DNA of 60,169 bases, filler included, from Hausera hauseri (lineage: Eukaryota), in assembly GCA_046269625.1 (NCBI GenBank). It is 12 parts of 12 records of this genome, joined end to end, with 100 filler letters (N's around TTAATTAATTAA, not from the genome) between each part and the next. Parts side by side here need not be neighbours in the genome. Positions count along the whole stretch, not along the records: positions 48,902 to 55,761 come from JBJURY010057885.1; positions 55,862 to 60,169 come from JBJURY010644664.1; 10 more parts are not named here. One strand, given 5' to 3'. The notes beneath the pieces were generated by a model. It was not told where the DNA came from. It did not search any database and saw only the letters and a list, made by a program, of their open reading frames with translations. Position numbers and translations under genes: made by a program. How positions within the stretch are numbered: position 1 is the stretch's first letter; each line of letters opens with the position of its first letter. Shown piece after piece: positions 49,430 through 60,169 of this stretch.

Positions 49430-50760
49430 GTACGTATCTAAATTTATCGATTTTCGAATATTATTCAAATATTCGACTTGTGAACCGATATTCATACTTC
49501 TGACGTCATAATCGAACTCCCCATACATGATTTCCTATCTACCTACGCTTAAAGATTTGTCGATTTTTGCACCCTTCACCTTAAAAATCAAGTTAATTAA
49601 AGCATACACATATACTTGTGAATTTCTCAATGTTAATTNNNNNNNNNNTGTTAATTTACTCGGTAAAAATTCATCGCACATGATCCATTTCATTTTTATG
49701 CACGGTTTTCACAGAAGTAGAAGCGAATAAAACCATCATATTCTTCGAATATTGCATGTCTGATCGATTTTTCGAGTTCGAATCGATAATTATTCGATTT
49801 GGAATAATGTATTTGAATATATAACACCAGATTGGGATTTTCCACATATGTTTTCCTATCTGTGTGCGCTTAAAGATTTATCGATTCTTGCACCCTTCTC
49901 TTTCAATGTCACCTTTTAAGATTACCCAATTAATTAAAACAAATAAGCACCGTTGAATTACATAATATCCATTGCATAATTTTTACCATATTGACAAATC
50001 TTGTTTTAATCTACAAAGGTGCACGGCATGGCGCTAACTTTGATATTTTTATACATTTTTGCATATGGGGAATCTACTGCTGATCAGATTCTTCGAATAA
50101 CTTATGCTTGATCGAGTTTTCGAGTTCGAATCGACAGTTGCTCGATTTCGAATAATGTATTCGAATATCTAACACCAGATTGAGATTCTCTATATATGGA
50201 TTCGAATCTGTCTACGCTTAAAGATTTATTAATTTCAGTGCACTTTACCGCCAATTTCAATTGTGCAATCAAAATAAGCACCGTTTAATTACTTAGTATT
50301 TTATGTACTTTTTACTTGTTATTAAACCTTGTTTTAATACACCGCGCCGATACTGATTGTTTTATAGGTTTTCGTGCATGGAAAATCGAGTAAAGCCATC
50401 AGATCCTTCGAATAATGCATGCTTGACCGAATATTATCGAACTTTTCAATGTTTTATTCATTTTGAGACACTTGTAAATACTTTGTACACCCAATTTTTG
50501 GTCTACAAAGATTTGCCGACATGGAGAATGCGATAGTACTATTCGAATATTCAAAATCGATCGAAAAGTCGGCTTTTTATTTAAGCATCTTTTCGAATAT
50601 CTGACGTCATATTCTGATTTTCCATGTATGGATTTCTATCCGTCTACGCTTTTAGATTTTTCGACTTTTGCTTCTATTCGAATATCTGATGTCATAATCG
50701 GATACAGCACATGTTAGTTTCTATGTGTGTACGATTTGACATTTTTCGATTCCCACTTGC
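49430..50760 (+). repeat. Degenerate direct repeats (TTCGAATATCTGACGTCATA...GATTTCTATCTGTCTACGCTTAAAGATTT-like core, about 5 copies)
   Basis: Core recurs near 49495, 49815, 50160, 50592 and 50677. Confidence 0.7.
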
Positions 50761-52109
50761 TTGTGTGCTAAAATTAACTTTATAGGTTTTATTGGAAAAC
50801 CGTTATTATGGATGAAAGTACATTTGCACATGTGCGACACATCTGAAAAGTTCTATATAGATGCATTAAAACATGGGGAATCGACTGGCGCTCTCAGATT
50901 CCTCAAAAAATGTATGGGTGTCATGGTAATCGATACTATTCGGTGAAAATAGATATTTATTTGAATTGTGCACCAAATTTCGAAAATCTGAAATAGAAGA
51001 CTCGGTTAAAACTTGGCAATTCCTGTTTGTTCCCGCTTAAACATTTGTCGAATTTTGACCCCTTAGGGTCTAAAAAACCTATGGGAAATCTGTCTCAGTT
51101 GCAATTTGGATCAATATTATTAGAAATCGACTCTATCGATTTAAATTCTAATTGCACATTCACATAGTGCATCGTATTACCAATCGATTGCACCCGGTGC
51201 CGGGTGCCAATCATCAATATTGGCAATATCGTAAATCCGATATAATTGATTTTTGAATACTTTGACATGCGCTGCGCACCTGCACTGTGCACCAATCGAC
51301 ATGCACTAATGAGCACTATCGACTAGGACTTTGTCCAGATCGATTCTATCAATATTGCAGTGTGCAGCGATCGATTTCTGAAATGTGTAAAAATGTGCTT
51401 AGCAACGGTGCGTAGCGGCACCATCGCCTAGCACACTACCGATCGATAGTGCACCATGTGCATTATCGACTGGCACGTGCAAAATTGATTTATTCATTAC
51501 CTCCTACTCTACGGTTGTTTTGCCATGAAAATACCAAGAATCCCTTAGTAGAGTGAATAGTTCACCGTTCGATATTTTCGAATCTCTCCCGATAAAAATC
51601 GGACTCAAATACCCCGTCTTTAGATCGTCAACAATTTGGTTTGAGAATTTTCAGGTCGAACTAACCAACGATCAAATCACAAAATTTTTTTAGGGACAAA
51701 GATTTCTTGTAAGTGCTGCACAGAATGCAATATTTGACATAAACATATGAATCACGGGCAAAATTGATCGTATAGTGAAATTAGACAGTAGAATTGAATA
51801 ATAAGTCCAACTGAACAATAAGAACGATTAAAAACGATCAAAATATCTAAAAGCTAATCGCGACTGAATAAAAAATTCTAAAATGGAGACGGGAAAAGTC
51901 AGAATTCAAAATTCACATGTATTTCTATTTCTTTTGGTAGTCACAAACAAGAAAATAACGAGTTTATGGCAAAATTTGACAGGGACTGGACGGAGTATCA
52001 TACAAGGACTACAAAATATATTATCTGGAGTGAGAGAAACGAAAGACAATTACGAAATCATACATTTTTATTTAATCAGATCTAAACTTATCACGGTATT
52101 TCTATCGTA

Positions 52110-53300
52110 TGTGCCACTTGTCAGATCGTGTTTGAATTGCAGTAACTGACCCATAAAATTGAAATTCGGCGATATGATACTCCGCGCTTCACCCACTTAT
52201 GGGCATCGTTTAAATCGAGATTTTGACAATGGCACATAAGGTATGCGATGACTATTGTCGCTGATCTACCCACACCGGCTTGGCCCATTGGAACTTCGAG
52301 CATGCTCGATAAAATGAAATGTTTCGGGAAAATACTGAATGAGATCCTGAACGTTATTGTCTTGACAATCGATTCGTTTCGATTGAAATCAAATTTCGTC
52401 GAGAAATGATACGGTGAGAGTTAAATTTATTACGTAAGTGATTTTATTCCCAGTAAGAAATGTATTGTTCAACGTATCGAATTCGTTACCGATATAAGGA
52501 AAAGGTAATATCTGACTAGCTTTGAAATAATAGATGTCTGTCGTGTCTGCAATGGATTTAGGAATTTGCAAACACAATGCGTTTGTCGAACCGCTATCGC
52601 ATAGGTTTGGATAGGCCTTTTCGAAGTGTTTTATGCCGCCGGACAGATATAAACAATCGATGTCGTGGTTGAGCAAAAATTGAGTCAGCATTGTGATATG
52701 GTCATCTTCCTTAATTGGATAACCGAATTCCGTATAAATGATCACGTGTTCCGGTTTCGATAACTTCAGAGTTTCATTGATTATCTGAATGGCACGTCTG
52801 CTTTTGAGCTTTGACGAACAACTTGCCAGTTTTGCAGTCGTTATGTGAAATCGAAAAGAACTACAAGCGGACCTGAGATCGAAATTCGCCGTCGATAAAT
52901 TGGGAGTATTTAACATATCGTCTAATTCCAGCGAATTGACTTTGGACATTCGTTCATCGAGTTCAAAGTCGAAACTCGTAACGATTTTATGGTGCAACGT
53001 TGGACTGGTTTGTTCGGCGAAAAACGTTGGAAATCGATTGATGAAGAGCACCGGCTGAGAATTCATAATGAGACGTTGAGGAGTCATTGATGACTGAATC
53101 TGAACGGGGATCTGAACTGAGGATGGAGAAGAATTGGAGAATCCGTTGGTAACGACATTTGATGTTTCTTACTGTAAAACGTTTGAGCTGAGATTGATTG
53201 ACGGTAATGACGGAGATGGAGGAATGGGCAACTTTAAGTGGTTTGATTTGTACACGTTCCGTTAATCGGATGGAACGATAGCGTATTGAGACACATTTGA
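52110..53300 (-). pseudogene. Intronless MAP-kinase phosphatase (rhodanese + DUSP domain) pseudogene
   Basis: FDLRSACSSFRFHITTA...YLSGGIKHFEKAYPNLC (CH2/rhodanese); ASQILPFPYIGNE..KITYVINLT; QAGVGRSATIVIAYLM; ISPNFNFMGQL; the catalytic VHC is deleted. Confidence 0.9.
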
Positions 53301-53329
53301 ATTTGTCACAATGCTGTACTGATTTTTTT

Positions 53330-53434
53330 GGGGGGGAGATCGGGGCTTGCCTATGGGCCCGACGCGGCGGCAGCGGACGCCCGGCCGTGCCAAACCAAAT
53401 GGGCCAAAGGGCACCCCCCCCGGTGTGGCATGAC
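53330..53434 (-). mobile_element. Long LTR head (copy D), abutting a hAT transposase
   Basis: Reverse complement ...GGTGCCCTTTGGCCCATTTGGTTTGGCACGGCCGGGCGTCCGCTGCCGCCGCGTCGGGCCCATAGGCAAGCCCCGATCTCCC. Confidence 0.85.
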
Positions 53435-53920
53435 CCTACTAATGTTGCATGTCGGTCCGGCTTTGTCGCTTGCGTTAAGGAAATCGCTCCTCATGTCACC
53501 CGGAGCCATTGTATGATTCACAGGCAATCACTGACATCAAAAACTCTCCCCGCTTTTTGACCAAATACCCCAAAGTGTAACTAAAACACTTCATTTCATC
53601 AGGTCTAGTGCATTGTATACGGGTTTGTTTCAGAAACATTGTACCGAGATGGACGCCGATCAACTAAATCTCCTATATTACGCCGATGTCCGGTGGCTGT
53701 CAAAGGAAAATATTTTGAAGCCTGTCTACGATCTGAAAGATTAAGTCATTGCTTTTTGCGTTTCCTACTGCGTATCTTTGTGAAACGACTTGCTCCAAAT
53801 TAGTAGCTGTGAAAACACAAAAACGCAACAGACTTGGAGTCGAAGCTGACATGAGGTGCTACTTATCAAATACGACGCCAAATTTGCCATAATGCGAAAC
53901 AATATCAAGCCTCCTATTAG
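53435..53920 (+). pseudogene. hAT (Buster/ZBED8-like) transposase remnant with internal deletion
   Basis: SGFVACVK..HCMIHRQSLTSK, FIRSSALYTGLF..LLYYADVRWLSK, FPTAYLCE..SKL..KTQKRNRL.VEADMR; possible 3' TIR GGTTGAAAAACATTG near 54869-54883. Confidence 0.88.
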
Positions 53921-55861
53921 TCTTGCTGTATAACATACAACAAACTAAATTTGCATTTGTATTCAACTAACATTCAACAAAATAAATTTGTATTTGTATG
54001 CATCTTTTGGTAAATAATATATAATTGTTATGTTTCGATGGAACTTAAACAATCACCCAAACTATAACACTGATTTCTTTAAAACAGCGGTTAATATTTG
54101 ATTTTTCAAGGATTAACGTTCTCGTTAATCGAATGTCAATTTTATAATGTCTATATGGCGTGCAATCCTTTGCGTAAAGTTAACAGAATCTCAACTTAGC
54201 TATGTAATTTACTCTACTTTATTCCTAGTGCAACTCAAACTTCCCTTAAGGGGCGGTGGACAAATATAGAAAGAATTAATGACACGAACTTTATTTTTAT
54301 AATCAAATAAATTTTACTGACGTAAAGCATCCGTGTGGTCTGATGATTATGGCGAACCGCATTCTTCGAATTCGATCTACGTTTTCAGATATGTCTGATC
54401 CGCTTCACAAAATACCTCGTCTATTTTCTAACTGACTGAATTTTGAATTCAACTGATAGTATCCAACTCTATTCTATTCTTTTTCTATTAATGCTACTGC
54501 TTATATGCAGATATTCAGTGCGTGGGCTGTTATGCTAATTGATTTCGTGACGAGATTTCGTTGCCTTTTTTGAATTTTCGTAATTACTTTCAACCAAACT
54601 TCCTGTTTCAATTGTCCTTTAGAATTTCATAATCGATTTCGGTCAAGTTTTTCTGAGGTCATGCAGATAAATAAATCATAAATTTTATTGATCATTTCAA
54701 ATTCTCTTTTCTTGTTAAAATGTAATTTTTTTTTAATTTTCACATATGTAGAATGTACAATCTTTACACATTGGGTTTCTTTTTACAACATAATTTTAGA
54801 ATTTCACTCATTATTTCTAACACAGATTTCATGTGGGAGTCACGATAAATGATGCGATATTAAAAATGGGTTGAAAAACATTGGTCTAGGCTATCGTTTT
54901 TTCGTGTACTGTTATTCTTGACTTTCTATCTTGGCTTGAAGCTATCTAATTTAGGACTTTCGGTGCCGATGTCACCTTGGGAAGAGAATTACATAAGGAA
55001 TTGAATTGGAAACTCACAGAGAATACTGCTAGAAACTGTCGCGATAATTGTCAAGATAAATTGTAAAACTTTACTGTAGAAATAAGTTGCTAGGAATTTT
55101 CAAAAATCTGCCGAATAATTCTCGTAGAAATTGTAATTAACAGACAAAATATGTCGGAATAATTATTAGAAAATGGTTAGGTAAATTGTGAAAAATTGTG
55201 TTTAAAGAAATTTCTTTGTTTGATAGGGTCCTCGAGCACAAATGACTCGCAGCACCAACGTTCTCCAATGGTCGTCTTGAATTTTGAGATGACAGCAAGT
55301 AAAATACGAGTACAGCAGTGAAATTTTTCTCACCCCGTTGAATGCGCATCTGTAAACCCAATTGTTAAGCTTTGCTTTACAAACAAATCACAAAGCGAAT
55401 TTAAATACAAAAGTATTAACATATGTTAAAGTGCAAATTCAAATACGAAAATATTAATTCACGTGTGTTTGCAAAATCGCGAATACGTATAACACTAAAA
55501 AAATATTATACAAGAAATAAAATGAAATTAAAAGTTGTATTTGTTTGTATATACAGATTTAAAGAAGAATTAGTTATTCAAACTCAATCGAAAGAAAACG
55601 AAAGAGCCAATGCCTACGAACAAAGAAATGAGAATGGCAGAGTCGAAGATGCTGAGGCCCACGGACAAAGAAACGAGAATGCAGGAAACGGAAAGGTCGT
55701 GAGATCGAATGAAGCCCATAGGATTGTCCGACCGTCACTTCATGAGATTAAATCAAGGATTNNNNNNNNNNNNNNNNNNNNNNNNNNNNNNNNNNNNNNN
55801 NNNNNTTAATTAATTAANNNNNNNNNNNNNNNNNNNNNNNNNNNNNNNNNNNNNNNNNNNN

Positions 55862-58330
55862 AAAGCCTCCTATGAACAATGATAAAAAAATAAAAAACTA
55901 TCAGTCAAAGGAAAACTATCAAAAACCGTTTTATAAAAAGCAGAATCAAACGGAACAACAGCAGAAGAAGGTTAAATGGCAATAAGATCAACCTCAAAAG
56001 TCTGTTATGAGAAAACTAACGGTTAATCAGAATGGACAGCCATTATGCTTTGCATGCCAAAAATATGGGTATATGGCTTGCAGCTGCCCTAATCAAAGAC
56101 AGTAAAGTCAAAAAAAAAGAACGTTAATATAGTAGGTAATATATCTGACACGGATAATGAGCACGAAACTACAGATACAAGACCTGAAGAAACAATTGAG
56201 AAGTTACAACAGAAGATTAGATCCAAATTGAAAGAAAGTAAAACTAATACAATAGAAGATGAAGATACAATATCCGAATTAAAACAGCTGTACCTTAAAT
56301 TAAAGTAGCAACAAACTTGTGAGAGAAGACAGAAAATGAATGATGAAATTTTAGTTATTGCTCCTATCGGTAGACCCAAAAAGATTCCTGTATCAGAGTC
56401 GGATACTGAAAAGAAAAGGATTAAGAAGGACAAACCCTTGATACAATGTGAAAAACTGAGGACTATGTAATTTAACCTATTTTCTGGAAGTGAAAGTGAA
56501 AAGAGTGAGTCAAGTGAAGAAAGTAAACCCAAAGAGAAGATAAAAAGAATAAGGAAAAAGAAAATAAAGGAAAAATCCACAAGTTATGAGTCTTCACCTG
56601 TGGACTTAGATCAGGATGGCGTAGAAATAGTTCGGAAAATATCCAGTTATGCCAACCAAGAATTAATTGATGGTATTCGGTTTAGACAAGACCTGTCCAT
56701 GTTACTGTCGCCAACAATCAGTCATCAACAGTTTGCTAATTTATTGGACTTGTTGTTAATGTATGCCGCTGGCACAAGTCCATAACAAAATGTGCGATAT
56801 ATAATTTACCGGTATGCTGATAGTGAGAACGGTCGGAGAAAACACTGAAATAATGGTTACTCTCCAACAGTATAATCAGGACTTTCATGTTCTGAAGATA
56901 AAATCGTTGGATACAATAGCTATATTAAAGCATAAAATTAACGAAATAAACCAACCTCAAGGAGAATTAGAGCTACGCTTCTACGGACGAACGCTGATGG
57001 ATTATGAAACTTTATATGAAGTAGGCATCTGGGAAAACCGATACAATCCTGTGTGCATTACTTATAGACAGTCTGAACAAAAAATAATTGATGAAACTAT
57101 TACTGATGTTAGACGAAAAGAAACACAAGTTGAACATCAGAATCAGGAACAACCAGTAGAAGCTGGAATGAATATTCCCATATCAGAGCAAATACAAACA
57201 TATAAGAGAAACTGTGGTAGACCAAAAGGAACAACGAAACTATATCAGTTGAATAGCAGGAAAGCCAGAGATGACAAAATCGTTCAAAGATTATTGTCAA
57301 CAGAAGATGAATATGACGTAGTTAATGTATCACTGGCAACATTACTACAAACCTTGTTAGCAAGAATGCATAATGCATTCGTTGAGTTTAATACTAATCT
57401 GCAAATACCAGATTCACTAATGCAAGCTATAAGGAATGAGATCGCAAAGATTAGTAAACAATTTGCAGATATTCCTACGGATGAGAGGATAAATGAAATC
57501 CAGGAAAGAGTTATATTATCGAGAATGATGGAGACCGCCATATCCCGAAATAAAATTGTAAAGCAATATCCTATCTCTTATATAAAATAATAGCGATGAA
57601 TGGTATAAATCCGAATCAGGAAGAGGTATAGAGAAATATAGAAATTGCTGCCAGAGACTTAAAGGCCAATTTCGAAGGATGGGTAAAATGTAGAGCTTGA
57701 TGGATTACCAGTTTGGTTTATACAGCAATAAATGAACCGGCCCAACTACATAACAAGAACAGAATATCATCCACCTCAACAACCAAAGAGACAACAAAAT
57801 CTACAATCTGATTTCGATTTATCATTGTTAACTAAAGTTATACCCATAAGTCTTCTGTTTAGCCTGATGCTAAAAGCACTTTCAATCATTGCTTACGATT
57901 GTAGTCAAGCTAATGAAGGTCCAATATATTACATACTAGACTTAGAACAATGCCCATTTGCCAATTTGGCGTCACTAACTACAATATCGGAAAAGGAATA
58001 CCACGTTTATCAAGAGTCAAAATTTGTGAAATCTAAAGTGAAAGAATGTTTCGTTCGAAAAAATCATTTCCACTTTATTTACGGATATTGGTATCGAAAT
58101 GCAGCAATAGTTGAACCAACTACTCCGTTCGAACCAGTCCATATAAGTAAACGAATGCGTATAGAGGCCTTTGTAACAAAACAGATTAATATTGGGAATA
58201 TTCGGTTGAAGGCTCAAAAGGGAAAATCATTAATAAAAGAATTTTTGTAACTGGGACAATTCATAAAACAGGATAGCGTTTCAGCAAAGGTTTAACATTA
58301 AAATAATAAGAAATTCTCATGAACATGACC
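55862..58330 (+). mobile_element. Second gag(CCHC)-Ubl-AT-hook-env retroelement-like polyprotein (degraded)
   Basis: Knuckle CFACQKYGYMACSC at 56046-56087; Ubl LKIKSLDTIAILKHKI..ELELRFYGRTLMDYETLYEVGI; GRPK motifs; env LLFSLMLKALSIIAYDCS..ILDLEQCP..YQESK..KECFVRKNHFHFIYG. Confidence 0.75.
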
Positions 58331-58954
58331 ATAGACACAAGAGATTAAACGCACACTCATGCGCAGGCATGCAGATGACGTACTCCGTTCATGAAGTAGT
58401 CCCGATCAACATAGTTAGATGTTGATATACAAACACTAATGGTTTATAGTACACAAATGTCGCAAGTTACGAATACATTGGATAGCTTGGTACAGAAAGT
58501 TGCCATGATAATTGCGATAAATTTAAGTTAATCTTGGAGGTAATTAGGTAGAGCACAGACAGTTGTGAATATAGTTGTGCTTTAGTCGTGAATATAGATA
58601 CGGACATTTGTAAAGATAATTAGGTTTGAAGTATATCGTGAAGATTCCTGGTACAGAACAGGCTGTTGTACAGATGATTAAAGTTTGAAGCGCATTAATC
58701 CCAAAACATAACTGGATACAGCGCGTGCAGTTACAAATGTCTTGTCGTTTGAAGTGGGATCATCTTGTAGACAGATGCTTACAGAACATGAAATGTCTAG
58801 CGCTGAACTTGAACGTGCACGCAGCAAGTAACCGGTTGTTTCGGTTAACGAACAACTGAAAAAGTGGCGATGAAGATGTATGGTATGAATTAGCACATAT
58901 AAAATTACATATGAAGTAAACACATAAAATTAGTTGTTAAGTAAACACATATAC

Positions 58955-59216
58955 GCTCGTCTGCCGATCGTGTGGTTACGGGTTCAATACCAGCTGTGGG
59001 CATTGAATTTTTATTAAATCAAAACAGCTCCAGGGGCCCACCCAGCCTCAAAAATGGGTACCGGAGAAATTCTCTGGGAAAGTAAAGGCTGTCTGGCGTT
59101 ATGCTAACAACATAACCCAATTATGTGCCGATGTCTAGGAAAATATGTGGACACTAACTCCGCACATGCCTATGTGTCTTCTTAGGCGTGTACAATGGAC
59201 TTTACTTTACTAACTT
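58955..59216 (+). mobile_element. Nin-domain-like tRNA SINE
   Basis: GGTTCAATACC B-box, CCCACCCAGCCTC..AATGGGTACCGGAG..GTAAAGGC core, (ACTTT)n tail. Confidence 0.65.
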
Positions 59217-59724
59217 TATTGGGCCGAAGGGCAAAAGCCCACAGGCAGTTGAATCTGTAACATTAACAAAAAAACTGAACTGAAAGAGGGCTAAAGTGGC
59301 TTCATGAATCCCAGAATACATTTATCATGAATTCAGCCATCATGAGAATTTCTGTGCAGGGCTTCACTTGACTCATGATGGAGCATGTTGTACTGCAGTG
59401 TTACCATTGACGCCTGATAATGATTACGTAATATTTACGTTACTTTGTGCATGACAGGCATGGACAATTAACACACAGCTGAAAATAGATGCAGTCCAGA
59501 AATGGTTTTGCTAAAGCACAGACATTGTACCGGACTGCAAGGAAAATAAATGAAAATAAACTCATAGATATTTGAGAACATTTCAGACTTAGAAAAAACA
59601 CTTGAAAGTTATTAACAATATAATGAGAATACAAAGTATATAAAAAAATTATAACTTAAGTAAGTAGTAAGTAAGATTCATTTCATGCCTAAAGGCTGGT
59701 GCATTGGAAAACGTAGAGTTAATG

Positions 59725-59910
59725 TCTACATTTTCATTGTCACCAACACATGATTATGTTATCAGCATAACGCCAGGCCGCCTTTATTTTCCCAGAGAAT
59801 TTCTCCAGAACCTATTTTTGAAGCTGGGGGCCCCTGGAGCCATTTTGTCGAAAAAATCCAATGCCCACGGCTGAGACTGAATCCACAAGCTCACTAACCT
59901 CCCCCTGCTG
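59725..59910 (-). mobile_element. Inverted second copy of the same SINE
   Basis: Reverse complement matches 58980-59130 (GTGGGCATTG..GCTCCAGGGGCCC..GGAGAAATTCTCTGGGAAA..CTGGCGTTATGCT). Confidence 0.7.
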
Positions 59911-60169
59911 GTCCCTATTATAACTTAAATGCTAAGTGAAATACAAATGCATACAGATTTGCAAAAACTAGCTTAGATAGTTGCTGATACATAGACATTT
60001 AGCAATAACATATATACTAAATGAAATATTGACTAATGCATAGTGAATTACCAATCAGTGAGATGAATGAACAAACTTATATTCAGTTTGAACGCAGTTG
60101 ATTAAAATAAGGCACTCAACATACTTTGTTTGTCCTATAGCCTCATTACATCTGATGTAAGGAATACAG

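Noticed and set aside
58600-59640. Possible host exons
   Set aside because: Short frames with stops and no recognisable homology.
1-60169. Assigning the host species (e.g. planarian or arthropod)
   Set aside because: TE content fits several invertebrate phyla, and there is no diagnostic marker.

Overview
This is not one locus. It is 12 short (4-7 kb) contigs of an AT-rich, repeat-rich invertebrate animal genome, joined by 100-nt N/TTAATTAATTAA/N spacers, so no synteny can be inferred across spacers. Most of it is decayed mobile DNA: Polinton/Maverick (adintovirus-like) fragments, Ty3/Gypsy elements, piggyBac, hAT, mariner, RTE LINEs, tRNA/Nin-type SINEs and a 16-bp satellite. Two patterns stand out. 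(1) One Gypsy family has an LTR that begins with a conserved GC-rich 36-105 nt head, seen 8 times. The head is followed each time by different sequence, often intronless host-gene fragments (KCC/SLC12, MAP-kinase phosphatase, a ~1,080-codon open Piezo fragment). This suggests LTRs that capture host mRNA into U3. (2) Two divergent retroelement-like polyproteins read gag CCHC knuckle, ubiquitin-like domain, AT-hook, then a gB/chuvirus-like envelope, with no pol between gag and env. All family assignments are by eye from motifs; no database searches were run.
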